Positions 36,151 through 50,750 of a stretch of 64,000 nt of DNA are shown here, in pieces; the stretch's first letter is position 1, and each line of letters opens with the position of its first letter. The stretch spans positions 5,704,001-5,768,000 of the forward strand of contig JBHGNT010000007.1 in assembly GCA_043228905.1 (NCBI GenBank). Direction: 5' to 3'. The stretch is from Azolla caroliniana. Lineage: Eukaryota > Plantae > Polypodiophyta. A program made the position numbers and the translations under genes. The notes beneath the pieces are model-generated. The model was not told where the DNA came from, did not search any database, and saw nothing but the letters and a program-made list of their open reading frames with translations.

Positions 36151-38770
36151 GACTGCTCATGGATTAATGGGCGCTCACATAATGAATGGGCACTTGTGTA
36201 ATGAGTAGTTGCTCATGGAATTCCCTCATTTAATTCCTTCTATGGAATCCCCTTTAACAGTGTTTTCAATATTCTCTCCCGACGACACAACAAGATTAAT
36301 GAAGTTTAAGACAAACCATTTTCATTATAAAGAATATTAGATTAAGAATAAAATCCTTAGTGTCTTGGTTACAACGAGATAACCAATTTAATATAGGGTT
36401 TGAAGAAACAAGATTAGGAAAAAATTAGGGTTAATGACAAAGAAAAGAACAATTTTCTTGAGTTTTGGCAAGGCCGGGCTGGAATCACTGACTACATTGC
36501 ATTTTGTTGATGTAGGATCCAAATATCTTGTTTTGACTTCCAAGTTGTGGAATTCCACCTCTCTTGCTCCTTTACCCGGAATGAGTTGTCCTAAACCAAA
36601 CCTAAACTAGAGAAAGAAGAAGTTTGAGAAGAAATGGCCCAATATCCACTCTTCCACTAAACTCTGAGATCCCTAAGAAACATTAGAATAAGAAAAGAGA
36701 TTACCTAGAGGAGGAAGAAGAGTTCCTCTCTCCACTAAGACGAAACTATCAAAAACTAATAAACTCCAAAAAACTTGAGACCCCCAAAAACCAACCCTCA
36801 TTTTGTCTCCCGCCCCTCCCATTTTATAACGAGAGGAGAGAGAGGCCCACCTACCACAATAAAAATGCCCACAACGCTACATGTTGAATTTATCATACAA
36901 GTTTGCAATGATAATGTGTAAGTCCATCTCAACATCCCTCACTCGAAATATGAAGGTAAGTGCAGACTCGACGAATTAGCTACTTGTTCATCACCCAAGT
37001 AGACCTCAACTACTCAATTGAGCTATAGAGGTGAAAGGTTCAAATATTGCTTGTCATAAATATATATTTGTGGCTCTTTTGGCCTATGTATTCATATGCT
37101 ATGAGTCTCTTTGTCCTCCTTTGGGAAAATATGTAGAATGAGTATTGTTCTCAACCACTTGTTAGTCAAGCTTCAATAACATACATGTATTTCAATTCTT
37201 TATTAATTTGATTGTGTAAACAATGTCAATTTGTGGTACTATGTTGGGTTATTATTGACTCATTGCTCTTCTTGTTTTTGCTAGTTAAGGAGGTTGGGAT
37301 AGCCACAAATCAAGCGATTCAATACACCTAGCTAAAACCCACAATGGTGGTAGAAAATAGTCATTAACATCATTTACCACAACAAAGATGCTCAAAGGGT
37401 AGCAAAAGAAGGCCACGTATGTATGACAACTACAAGGAGACAATATTCACTAAGTTGACCCATCTAATGGTGGATAACAAGTGTGGATTGTATCATATGT
37501 TTATTTTGCACCCAACTCTTTCATCAATTCAAAAACATCAAGCTTTTTTCGAAACAATGTTTTAGATCATGGAATTCGCTTAAATTCAAAAGAAAAGAGC
37601 CGAAAATGGTGCACACAAACAAGCAACAGATATGTATGTATACAAGGGCAAGATATCAAATTCACGGAAGATAAAATAAAGAGTTGTTCACATTCCAAAA
37701 TTCCAACATAGATAGACGGCATCAAAGGCCATGTGGGCTGGTTATATCATATAATACATCACATATCCAAACTTCGCACAAGAACACAAAAACATCTAAA
37801 CAGAGGTGACCCATTATATCACATAAAACATTGCAGCAATTTTACACATTCCAGAAGCTCTAACATAAGACAATGTCATTCGTACAAGCTGATTTTGCTT
37901 TTCCTATAGATTTGACTTAATAGAGTTATGTTTATTGCAAAGACAAACTAAGATATATTAAGGAACCCTTAGGGTTAACACCCCCTTTAATCCTTGTGAT
38001 GAGCAACTTATTCGTCAACCATCCTCATGCCACTATCCACTTCTCGGCAACCATCCTCGTTTATAATGAAATAAACCCCCTACAATGATCTGAAACCATA
38101 AATCTGTAAGTGCAATTCTCGAAGCTATAAAGATGAGATAAACCAACATCGAGCAACTAAGGTTATGATCTGTTGTTGGATGCTTGCTCATTTTCCCTCA
38201 GATCATTATCCTGGATCTTAGCCAAACACTGAAAATTATAGTGCGAAAGAATCCATACCATGTAGTGGGAAAAGCTGCTAGTCGTGGGTAACGTCACATG
38301 ATTAATTTGTGTGGGAAAAAATTTAGTCCATGATTATTTCTTTGGTCAAGGTAATTTAATTATTGGATTCAACGTGCTTACCTGATTTTCACATGTGATC
38401 AGGGGTCCAACTACTCCAACAGGTTGTCTTGTTTAAGCATGATGCTCTCCATAAGGGTAGAGGGGAGGGGTAAAAAGGGGTTGTATCCTTAGAGGGTTCA
38501 TATATTGATAGTGCACTTTGATTTGTCAGCGCCCTCACAACACAACAAAATTCCCTAAGTATACATTTGGAAACACCTTTTCTTTTCACCAAGATATGTA
38601 TATCTTTCTTTTTACTTGGTTTTTCAGGATATGAGAAACAAACTGCTATATACACATTGATAAGTGCACATAATGCGAATATATATACAAAAAGAGACTT
38701 ATAATCTACGGAATTTGAGATAGAGATAACATATTATATCATATAATTGCTTCCACATTCAAATATATTG

Positions 38771-41700
38771 CTAACGATGCAAAGCATATCGGTATACCAA
38801 AGCCGTTCGATACATGGTTGCCAAGTGAAATAACACAAAGAGCATCATCAACAAATCATCAAACAGCCCAATGATGCCAAACATACCTACAAAATATTTG
38901 AAAATTAGACGTGGCTCAAAATCAGGCATGAATTTTATTGCAATGAGAATTGGTAATAGAAGAACTTGCAATGGGAAGAAAAACAAAGAAAGCCATCAAA
39001 TGCCAACGAATCTATATGAACATATTCATGAAACAATTGAAAAGTTCTGGGGAAACTCACAAACTAAGAAATATTTTTTTACAAACAATAGGTACCAACT
39101 TTTACTAACCATTGATACCAACAGTAACAATGAAGGTTATTAAAAATTTCCCCTGGCTACAATGTTAAAGCGTAATCTACAAGAATTTCTATGTGGATAT
39201 TCCAAAGGAATCAGCGGACATTCTCTATTACTATATTAGGTTATATTACTCCATATAATTGCAATGCACTCTACCTTAATCCATTCAGTACAAATGAGAT
39301 TGAGCCTGTGAGGAAACCTAGAAAAACTACTCGAATCAATAACTGGAATCATTTCGTTTTTACCAGAGTTGCGACGAGTGAATAATTACCTTCAGGCAAG
39401 ATATCCAAAGGACTGAGGACATAACAAACCAGCAGCAACAACTGCAAAAATATAAAAAGGCATATTTAAAAGGTTTGCTAGCGTGCTATGAGAATATCAA
39501 AACAAAAGCATATTTGAAAGACAAGATACATTTGGTAGGCTTGCATGTAAGACTGCAGCAAAGTCCTCTTAAAAAATATCTGAAAAATTAAGTACTTTTC
39601 CAACAGTAACTAAGGCTAAACATTTCATAAAAGCTATAACAGGAGCCAAATGGTACAGGATGGTAGTGAAATTAACTACAAATCTCTATGCAATTACAGG
39701 GCATTCATTTATTATTTCTAAATAATTACCATTATTCTGACTATACAAATGTCTAATTCTAATGCTTTCTTTATCAAAGCTGCCAACAATGGCATTCCAA
39801 ATATTAAACCCATTCACAGTTTCATTTAGTGTTCTAGTAGTTCAGTAGAATCACATTCATTTCGGCCTTCAAAGCTCAAAATACTCCAATCTTGTGCCAT
39901 TTTAGACCGCTATACATTCAGAAATGAAGGCCTTCATCTGGTCATGCTATTTTCAACATAATCTTAGGCACAACCTAGAGTAGAAACCCGTTTATTATCA
40001 TTAAGCTCACTAAGAAGGGGGAAAGAAGGGAAGAAAGCCACCATGAAGATCTCTCAGTTTGTCCTTTCTCTTCCTTTCCCGTTTCAGAATTTTTATTTCA
40101 TTTTATGCGCTGGTTCAACCCACACTAACATTGCCATGTTCATCCCATTGTTCTTGTTGCTCATTCCCATCCTGATGAGCTTCTGATTTTTAAATCCTAA
40201 GATTTTAATTGCCAACTTAGAAGGTAATGTTTTGTTTTGGCCCTAGCGGACATAATTGTCTGCATTTATTCATGCATAGCACGGACTGGGTACTATCCAT
40301 GCTCACATTCATGAACTGATCACCACACTAAGCAAGCACTGACATGCTGAATGACCTTCAAGGTGGTACATTATCTTTATAAGACCAAAATGTTGAGGGC
40401 TTTAAAATTTTGTGTCCATCCATTCAATGAAAGATAAATAGATTATATTATCATCTTTGAGGTCAAATATGACCTATGAAACCAAAAATATTACATTTCA
40501 CGTGATATGTGTGAGAGTGAGTACCGACTCTCGATATTCAAGAACTTTACCAATGAATGTTGCAATTGAGACTGCACATTGTGGTTATGAGAGAAATTCG
40601 TGCAAGGATTGGGCTTGGTCGAAGTTATGTGGAAAGCATGGTCGAATATAATCAAAGGCAGAGCATTGTATCAAAGTGTGATACTCAAACTCTCAAACTT
40701 GTTTAGGGCAAAGAGTGCATAGTCGACCACTCTCATCACTTGTGCCCCAACACCCCGTCTCACATCACAATGCATGTGAGCTAAGTCGCATGGAAGCAAT
40801 GGTTCGAATGGAAGATAACGGGATGGGCTCTAACATGTATCGATGTGTATGGTTTCCCCGTTCCGTGAAAAATATGGTTTTGTAGTTAGGTGCAACATGT
40901 GTAGTATAATGTGTTTAGCGTGAGCCTCCACATTTGTCCCATGTCATGATACATTAGCATTGCAAAAAAGCCTCATTTACAGAGGAATCTAGTTATGCAT
41001 CATGAAGCAAGTGTATTGCATCCCATCTACCAAACCATTTTTCCATTTGCATCCAACCAAAACACAAAATTTTGCTTTTATGCATCTTTTGGATCTTTTT
41101 GCTTGTTTCCCATGCGATTCTAGGAAATCGATGTGAGGGACTTTTTTGAACCTTAAGCATGTATTCAACAACCCTTTCCATGGCCATGATCTCAATGGGA
41201 AGTGATCCCGTCTCAAGGAGGGTGTGAGGCATTTGTTTCTTAACTTGCAGAAACTTTGTAAGAAAATGTTTTTGGACATTTTTGAACTCTTTCCACGTAG
41301 ATTTAGCGATTCTACCGCCCCATATTTCCATTCCATAGAGAAGCACCGTGTCACCAAAGTGTCGAAAAGCTATTTCTTAAGGACCCAACACTTAATATCT
41401 CCATGATTGGATGTGTTCTCAAATGCATAATATGCTCCCTTACCTGCCTCTAAGAGAGATGATATGATATTTATTATCGTCAATGGCTGGCCAATTGATC
41501 CATTAGACCAGAACAGAACTCGGTCTATGGGAGAAAACAAAAACATGCATTATCCATTACGTTCCGCTTCAGGGTGCCAAATGCCATAGAAAAAAATTTG
41601 AATGGGACATTTAATCAACACTCTCCTAAAATTTGGGTATAACGTTTACCAAGGCCAAAGTCATCCTGTGAGATAATTCAGAAGTGCAAGAAGTAGTGTC

Positions 41701-44379
41701 CAATAAAGGAGAAGTAATGGAGAAAATAAATGAGCAATGACAATACATGTAATACGAAACTATATCATTACCACCATTCAACTTATGGTGGAGTACATTA
41801 TCAGTGTATCAGGTAGGGCCATTGGACCACTCTGTGTACAAGATCCATGATGTATTAGTCAGAACGAGTCTAAATGTCTCTGGATTGTTTCTGTATAGCC
41901 TGGTGCTCAGTAGCCTGGTATTCCTGGCGTACCTGCCAGATCTTCGCTATCCCCATATATGATATAGTCAACCTAATCTCTGGAAGAGATGCTCTTTGGA
42001 CACTGGATGGAACACTTTGCAGAAGTCCACAAAGCAGCGGTGATCAATCTGGCATCCCAAAGTAACAATCCACTGGTCTATAGTGGAGAAGGTTCATCTG
42101 AATCTTGCTTGTTCATGTCCCCAGCATTCCATCTCTTTATATCTGCTCGGTCTACCTCAAGCACAGCTCCGTATAATTGGCAAGCATGTGACCAATATGA
42201 TTAGTTTGATAGTTTCTTGGCTGAAAGCTTGGAGGGGTTCACCAAATTTGTGAATAGGCAAAATCATGTGCATGGTCCATGAATAGTTGGCAAAACCTTG
42301 CTCAATGGTCCTCTTCAACATATGAGCAATGCTGGGAGTTCATGTGCATGCTGCACATATGAGGTGCTCACGCTGCAATTCTGTGGTCTGCTGATCTCTA
42401 CTGTTGTTGACGGATGGCTTTCTTGACCATGAAGTCAGTGACGAAATGAGATTTAGTAGGTTAGGATTATGGGAGCTTTGATATCAAGGGCTGACATGTA
42501 TATGGTTCTGTTGTGTCATGTGTGAGAAGCTACTGATAGCCGATGAATATAGGATACTGGATAGTTGTACAGTCAGCATATCAAGGAGGACAGCTGGATC
42601 CATGTGGAAGTCTCCCTCCCATACACAATAGAGAGAGAGAGAAGGAAAGATGACAGAAGCATATTATAAAATTATGACAGCTGAATTTCTATAAAAGGAA
42701 ATGATTCTGTTTTATGGGGGACTGCAACTCTGGATTACATGAAAAGACTCTATCAAGAAGCAATTTTTTATTATTATATTGAAGTTTAGACTTTGCATCA
42801 ACTTGGCTACTGCAAGCCTAGCATGGATTCATGATATGATCTTCAGAATCAATTACATAGAGAGCCTATGTAGTAAAATAGTATAACCAACATGATACAA
42901 GGTATGTAAAGCATATACATACATGCAAATACATGACTTACATAGATTATGATGCGTGTCCGATGCAATAGTGGAAGACCTCGCTGAGGATCCATCAAAT
43001 CCTCTACCATACGCCGCAACAACAATGGCATGTCTCGCATACGCTGCAGAATAGATTGGGTATAAAATATTCATACATGAAGTGCATTGCAAAAGATGAA
43101 ACAGAATTGAAGCTTGAGAAAACTCTGTTGGTATCAGCCCTGTCTTTAAACTCCATTTTAGAAGTGCATTTCAATTGCCAATGATATTTTTCACAAACAA
43201 ATAAATGGTCACCTTATGTCATACAAGTAAATAATTAGAAGTTGAAAAAATGCAAGCAAAAAAATTTGAGTTCCATAAGGTACCATGGTACTAACTTTCT
43301 ACAGGAAATCATAATGAAAGGTTTATACAGATTTTTAAATGTGGGATTTCATTAAACACTTGAGATCCTCAACAAACTTATGAGCAAATATTGAAATAAG
43401 ATGGTGATTCACCTGCATAATTCCGACAGAAACTCTACCATGAATACGGTTATAATTTGCAACCTCTTGCAATATTCTTTCAGTTTCTGGTTCTTCATTT
43501 TGGCCACAATCGGAAGGTATAAGAAGATTGATAGGTTGCCGACAAATTGGGCATCTGCAGGGCTGTAGGGCTAAGGTATATTGCCAAACCTGAAGTATGC
43601 AATCTCCTACAAAAGCCAAATCCATGACATAACAAGAAAGCAAACATATCAATGTTATTCTTCCAGAAGAGGGAGGGTTGCCCCCCAGCTGATAACCTTT
43701 GCTCATTTGTCATTTTTTTAATCTTTTTTGCAAATAATGGTACAGTTGTGTGAATTCTTGTTGACCTTCATTATATTTTAATTCGCTGTGTTTGCTACAA
43801 AAAAAATTGTTTGAACTCCAATTGTCCAGGGCAATGAAACTGTTTCTCTTTTATGTTGCCTTCATTATTAACCAATTAGGACTGATTTGTCATTTTTTTT
43901 CTATACAAACTAATCTCATGCAAAAGAAATCCGCCCAAATATTGCTAGCCTTAATAGTACACATACCACAAAACCAATGGGCGCAATTGGCTTGACAAGG
44001 AAGATGGAATGGATCATGACAGATTGGGCAGCAATCATTTTGTGGAGGTGAGACCAAATCTGTATGACTGACCACATTAATTTCAGAGGCTGTCATTGCA
44101 TTATTTCGACTCCACATCATATTCCAGGCTCTTCCAACCCAGTTTCCAACAGTGAAGAAACCTTGTTTCAAACGATATAAGGTATGTGACCTATCAAAAG
44201 AAAAAACTAAACTTGCATTTTAGCATACATTAAAAACTATTTACAAACATCAAATAAAAGCAAACTACACCATGCACTAGAATATACCTCCATGATGACT
44301 GGATTATTATAGCAATTGGAGCAGCAGCAAATAATGCTGCATATATTATCTCATTACCAACACCTTCGATGAAGATCAT
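38771..44379 (-). CDS. RNF170: RNF170-like RING-HC E3 ubiquitin ligase with DUF1232, 6 coding exons, 259 aa
   Basis: Exons 44379-44288, 44190-43967, 43606-43413, 43043-42942, 39441-39390 and 38886-38771 join in frame (780 nt). Motifs: N-terminal IEGVGNE plus TM helix, RING CPICHDPFHLPCQANCAHWFCGDC...CPICR, YNRIHG, RDMPLLLRR and YVLSPLDILPEGMFGIIGLFDD. Confidence 0.92.
40442..41445 (-). mobile_element. RTE-like LINE 3' fragment inside RNF170 intron
   Basis: LFDTLV..LLYGMEIWG...VQKHFL...LLETG..PI...RFPRIAW, then RLSSHALRCETG.W....RLCTLC zinc-finger region and a 3' tail at about 40442-40484. Contains frameshifts. Confidence 0.82.
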
Positions 44380-46082
44380 TTGACAGTTATATGCTCTCTG
44401 TTCAAGCCTGCAAAGCCAGCAGTAAATTATATATCAATCCTGAAGCGCTCAATCAGAAAAATGTGTCCTTATGTAACAACTCCATTTAAGAAACCCAATT
44501 GTTTGAACTTTCACCTCCATTCTTCCCTCTTATGTAATATGTCCTGCTAAACTAAGGATGCGAAGAAATCCCAAGGGAGTATTCAGAGGAATAGTGCATT
44601 TGGTAAAGATAATGCACATTCACTAAATGGAATGCCATTGTACATTGTACAAAACCCTTACAACATGGAAAGACATATTCCTATACTGATATATTGTAAG
44701 ATACAATGGCAGAAATAATTCTTTGAAATTCACATGAAGGATTGATATTTGGTTGATGGTTAGCAGAAAAGAAAACCCAACAGGAAAAATGTCAATAATG
44801 ACTTTCTGAGTCCAACTTTTATGCATGACAGCCACTCAATATTAAATACATCATGATAACAAAGTACGCAGTGTTATATTGTTAGTGCATGAACAAGAGA
44901 TGACAGCATATTTATGTTTCTTATTCATCTGCACGTAGGAGCCAGATCATAGCATCACCACAGACAAAATCATTTTAAAATGGACATATACTTTATTGTA
45001 AAAAGAGAAATTATTCTTATTATGGGCAAACCAAAAAAGTTGTATTCATAAACAACAAAAAAATGATATATTTTCTTTTCTTCATAATTGCTAGATGAGC
45101 AAATGATACTAAGCCTGATAATTATTTACTTCATTTAATTGCATTATGTACAGAGTTAAGCATAACTAGTTTACAAGATTCTAACAAATAATCCAGATAG
45201 AGAAACATAGTCAATTAAATGCTTAATGCATGATAGAAACATAGTATATGCCAAATGGGTCTATATGTAACCTTCAATTTAACAGAACCACCTTGGAATG
45301 GATGCATAAGTGGGTGGTTATTCACACTATATGCCTAATATAGATTTTATTATATCCACTTAACGAAGCATAATGACTGCAGGAATGGATACATAAAGGT
45401 CTACCTGTCCACAATAAATAGCTGATGGGTCTATTTCTAGAGCTTCGTGGAATTGCGTAATGCAATAGATTTTTAATGAACTTTTAAATATCAGAAAATC
45501 CTGACCTTGCAGGATTAAGACAGCCAGTTACTAATTAAAATCTAATAATGATTTGGTGATTATCAAAATGAGTTCACTTCCCGTGGTGGGATTCAGATAA
45601 TTAGTCCTATTAGATTATTGAGAATATTTGATTTACAGAATTTGATGAGCGAGAATGGCAAATTTAGGAATTGCAATAAACTCAAGTGGTATCTGGATAA
45701 GTCATTGAAATTGTCGTGAAATTGAGTGGCATTTTACAAAATAGAGTAAACCAGATAGGAATTTCAATAATTTGCCCTCACAATATTTATGCATTAAAAA
45801 GCAACATAATATAGCTTTCCCATAAACTCATACATTTCCTTGATGTCGAATTTACTGAGAAAAATATTCACAAAACGGCTTGAATGGCATAGATCTCACC
45901 CACACAGAGGCAATTAAGGGAAAGGGCTCTGGAGAAATCAAATCGGGAACAAGGGACGCGTTGACATCATAGCTACAAAAAGAATCTGATCAGGGGTGGA
46001 TAGGTGGAAGAAGCAAAAATGCAAGAGAAGGCGAAAAAAAAATCAGACAAATAAATAAACATCAAAGAGGATAAGCGGGGGT

Positions 46083-46084
<2 letters not shown>

Positions 46085-46139
<55 letters not shown>
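46085..46139. repeat. (GA)n microsatellite
   Basis: Seen directly in the sequence. Confidence 0.95.
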
Positions 46140-46144
<5 letters not shown>

Positions 46145-46230
46145 CTGCGAAACCATGGGTGGGGAGGACGGTGATGCGATCGATGGGAGGGAGGGAAGAA
46201 ACTAGAGCATTTTCTCCTTCCTTCTGCTGC
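46145..46230 (-). other. Putative 5'UTR exon of the RNF170-like gene
   Basis: GC- and pyrimidine-rich segment ending CAG|GTCGG followed by (CT)n, with a compatible acceptor CAG|GCT at 44407. The 5' boundary is approximate. Confidence 0.55.
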
Positions 46231-46635
46231 AGCTTATGTGATAGAATGAATCACTTCAGTCAAATGAATGGATTGGGGAGACAGTATGTATGTATGTATA
46301 GTGATTGGAAATAGGAAGGATAGATAGAACTTAGAAGGATAGATATATCATGGTCATAGTTAGTAGTTTGTAGTTTGTAGTTTGTAGTTAGTAGTTAGTG
46401 GGGGCTAATCTTTGATAACATTATATATGTATAGAGAAGTGATGGCCACCACATGTGCACCGCTAGGAGAAGGGTGGGGGTTTGCATTTCCATCCACGGG
46501 CGGTCCTCGCCCCGTCCTCACATGATACTACTGCACTCCAGAAAGTCCCCGGAAAAGATGGCCAAACAAAGTTAGTTGCCCTAGAGCAGTGAGGAAGAGT
46601 GTGTGTTGTCGTTGCCAAAAAAAAGGATAAGTTGG

Positions 46636-46695
46636 AGAGAGAGAGAGAGATATTATATTATCGTCTTCGGAGGTCAAATATGACCTATGAGACCA
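46636..46695 (-). mobile_element. Extremely 5'-truncated copy of the RTE-like LINE 3' tail
   Basis: attatattatcgtcttcggaggtcaaatatgacctatgagacca is nearly identical to 40442-40484 (attatattatcatctttgaggtcaaatatgacctatgaaacca). It is flanked by (GA)n. Confidence 0.8.
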
Positions 46696-46703
46696 AAGAG
46701 GGC

Positions 46704-46759
<56 letters not shown>

Positions 46760-48099
46760 TTGGCGAAAGATGTTGGAGAGAGGGAAAAGATGGGGTGGGA
46801 GAGGGGGAAGTGTGTGAGAAAAGGATTGTGCACTATTGAGGGATTGGATTCATCACGAAAGACTCCCTGACACATCGGCTCCCATCCATTTGTTAGAATC
46901 ATGACTTTGCACGCGTCTGAATGTATATTCTTACATGAAACAGTGTGTGCAACTACCATGGTTTGTCTAGTTAATGGTATCTTTACCCTTGATGCTGACA
47001 TTGTAAGATATTTTTTATTTTTACAATCGCCTCATTATACAAATTGTTTATTATAATTGGAATATCGTAATGTGAAATGTTGTTATAAAGCCTATATTTC
47101 GTGATGAAAAGTAGGCTTGCCTTTTCTTACTTTTAAAGGTAGCTCGATGTACAGTAGTTTCTCACCTCTACTTTTCTTCATATATTTTGATCCACCATAA
47201 TCCATCCCCTCTACCATTAGACCGAAGGACATGCAAGGGTATGTCATGTCATTATTATGGGGAACACATAACTTAAGACTTGTTGACTTAGCAAACTTTA
47301 GAGGAGATTTTAATTCTAGAAAAATGGCAATAAACATCACGACCGAATCAGAATCTTTAAAACATGTGATTGGTGTAAATCTTCACAATATTACTTTTCT
47401 TCTTCCTTTTTCTCAAAAATAAATAAAACAATGCTTGACCCAAACCCAAAACTTTAAAATCCTTCATTTGTGCTCATTTGGGACCCTTCCTGAGGTAAGC
47501 TCGTGAATTGACAATTGATCATTTGGCTAGTTAGATCAAGTTGGATCATGATACTTCATAATTAAGGTATATAATCATCTTCACTCCCTATGGATCCATT
47601 GGATAATTGGTATCTATTTTTACTCAAAACTGATAATACAAGCAATATTTTTCAATTCCTATCAAATAGGCGTGCATATATTAACATCTTTGTGTAACCT
47701 CTCTATAACCATAAATGGGGGGTTTCAACAAATTACCCATGTATCAACATATCTTAGTTACTACTTACTTATAAATATAAAGCTTTCAGATAGGTCTTGT
47801 TGTACTGATTTCTTACATGATGCTCAAATAGGCATATCATGCAATAAGAACATGTAACCAATTAATCAATGGCACATAGAAAGCATGTAGTGATTGAACT
47901 TTGGAGGAAAAGAGATGTATAGATAGAGAGGTTGATGGATTAAGAAAAAGAGTGTCCTTCATGTCATGAGTGATATAAATGCGAAGTCATTCTCCCTTCG
48001 TCTCACATAATAACTATATGTGACTTATTCAAGAAGTCCTTTATTATTTCACATTCTATTGCAATAATATTTTTTTGATGACGAATTTGATTTCGTTCA

Positions 48100-50750
48100 C
48101 TTAATATACTAGGGGTTAGATAATGATTTTCACAAGAGAGGTAAGCTAGCCATTCTTCCTAGCTTGTGTTTGATGCAGTGTACGTTGTGCACACCTTTTC
48201 TACTATGGATATTGATCAACAAATAAAAAGGTAATGTTGAGTGTGCCATTAGTAGAGTGCAACTTAATAGCTCAACATAACATTGTGTTCACAACTTATT
48301 CAAAGACAAACGTATTGGCTTACGACTCCTCAAAAGTTTCCTAAAGCACTCTAGCAATGTTGGTTGCTTTTAGTATGATTAGTCATCTTGTAGAGTTTAG
48401 ATCGAGTCGAGAAAAAACAAGATAGATATGTGTATATATACAACAAAATATAACTTAACAAATGTAGCATTAGGGACCCATATTCCACATTAGATCAACC
48501 TTTGGGAGTGGTCATTACAAAATATAGATAGGTGATAACTTTTATTATGGTTCTCAAAGGTCATATATGAACAAAAGATCAAAAAGGGAAATGTTTTCAA
48601 GTGACATGTGGAGTTGAGTAGTGGTTCCCAATGTTCAAGAATTTAATTATTGCATGTTCCAAATGCGAGTGCACACTTCGACTCATTATAATGTGTAGGT
48701 AGGGATTGGACCATCTTGACAAAGTGTGTAGTAGAGCAAACTCAAATGTGATCAAAGGTCTCTTTGCATTGTAACAAAGCATGATACTTAGACTCACAAA
48801 CTTGTTTAAGTTAAAAAATGTATAGTTGACAAGTCTACTTGCCAATTACTTCAACACCCATTTTAACATTTAAAGAGAATGTGAAATAAGTCGTATGAAG
48901 CAAAGGTGTGATGGTGCGCACAGAAATGAGCTCTAACATGTATACATGAGTGGGGATTTTGCATTTGGAGAAGAAGACAATTTTATACTAGTAATCCAAG
49001 TGTGGCTCCATATCTCTTCTACTTTTAGTCAATGATATACTCTTCACATACTTTTGGCCTCAAGCTTCTATTGTGGGGTGACCCCAATTCTTGATGCAAT
49101 ATGATGATGATACAAAGACCTTGGATATCGTATGTCGAACTCCAAAGGTCATTTGTCTTGCAAATGGAACTAAGAAAACTAGACCAATCATTTTGTTATC
49201 TAGATTCCAAGTTGGTATTTTTATCTCTATAGAGTAGCAAATTGCTCTATTTGTGGATTCCCTTAAGAGGGTTTGCCCATTGGTTTGCAATTCATTTTCC
49301 CTCAAAAAAGAGCATTTGTAGTTAATGGTGTTATTTGCAATGGCTTGGAACACAACTTCTTGCTTGTCACTAAATGTTGCAATCATGTCTCAACCATGTG
49401 TTTAGTCCATAACTACCTAGGGCTGGAAGCGATGGCTCATACAATGTGATTTTGCTCTTCTTAGTGCATGTCAATGGCTTATCATATTGAGCTCCTAAAC
49501 TTTCATGTGATTCCAACTAAAAGTTTGGAATTGCTTATGTAGTAAATCGATGCCCCTTCCTTTAATGAGTTTTAAAGCCAACCATTGAATTAGAATAAAA
49601 AATTTGAGGGTGCCAACATGGAGAGAGTATGTGAGCTAGTGAAACTATTCTACCATAATCATACTCCCTCAATTCGTAGCTACTAGACATCATTTATTGG
49701 GCCTCTTGGGATGTTTGTATTGTGCCTCTTTTGAGCTTTGAACTCTTGTGAGGTGTTTGGAAGTTCACAACAAGTTGATAGACCTCACCTATAGTGTGGA
49801 TAAGCATGCCATCCTACCCAATGAGCCATTCTTCTCCCTTACAATTCATATAAGGTCGATGTAGAATGATGGAAGCTTTTATAAGAATAGGAAATACTAG
49901 CTCATTTGGGTGATTTAATTTTCTCTATTTGGTTACGTCTTCTTCTAGATTATGCCTTCAAGATACTAGTTGGGATTAGAGTGGCTGGAAATCAACAAAG
50001 TCTGCCAATTTGATCCTATTATACCTCACTCACAATGTCGCATATTGATTTGTCAAAGCCTCAAATCTTGTTTACTTATGGTTCCCATAGAGAGGTGCCC
50101 TTCAACCTATAAGTACCCAAGATGAGACAACCTATGTCAGTGCATCAACATTTTCCATAGGATTTTCTACTTTGTGTTTGATAATTGCACATTTTAAGAC
50201 AACAGTTGGTCAAACCAGCAGCATTCACTTACCTACCCCTTGCAATTGTCCAACTATGTATTAGACACTCAGCCGCTTCTTCATATGCATGTAGTACCAA
50301 CATAAAAGGTTTATGCACAATGCTTTGTATATCCTCTCCATCATACTTGTTAGCGGTGCTAGTACCTCAAAACTTTTTGTAAAAATAAATACAATTGGTG
50401 CTTTGACACCCAAGGTTGAATAAACTCATTTCAGAATAAAGATCCATGGAGTTTTTGCCATAGTTTCTGCATCTAATACAAACCCCACATCGCAACTTTG
50501 CTAATTGGAAGTTTGTATTGTCTCCACCAATGGGATATAAAAGCAATCTCCCTCATTCAAGGTGGGGATGCATCTAACACTTGGGACATTCAGTTCAAAT
50601 ACTTACCCTTTGTTGGCATATGTGAAATAATTTGTGCAACCCAAGTTCACATTGACCATCCCCCTTCTTGTCTATAGTATATCCAAAGCTAAGCGTTGAC
50701 ATATTACCACAATAACATGTTATTGCATCCCTACAATAGCTTTCTACAGT
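48100..50750 (-). mobile_element. Highly degenerate Ty3/Gypsy pol remnant (RT, RNase H, integrase order)
   Basis: Minus-strand fragments resemble RNase H (KPF.......A.....), the integrase zinc-binding region (GHPTIEA) and the integrase core (H.STP). Many stops; boundaries approximate. Confidence 0.55.

Noticed and set aside
36290-36950. Possible LTR fragments
   Set aside because: The composition is LTR-like, but no paired LTR, PBS or TSD could be established.
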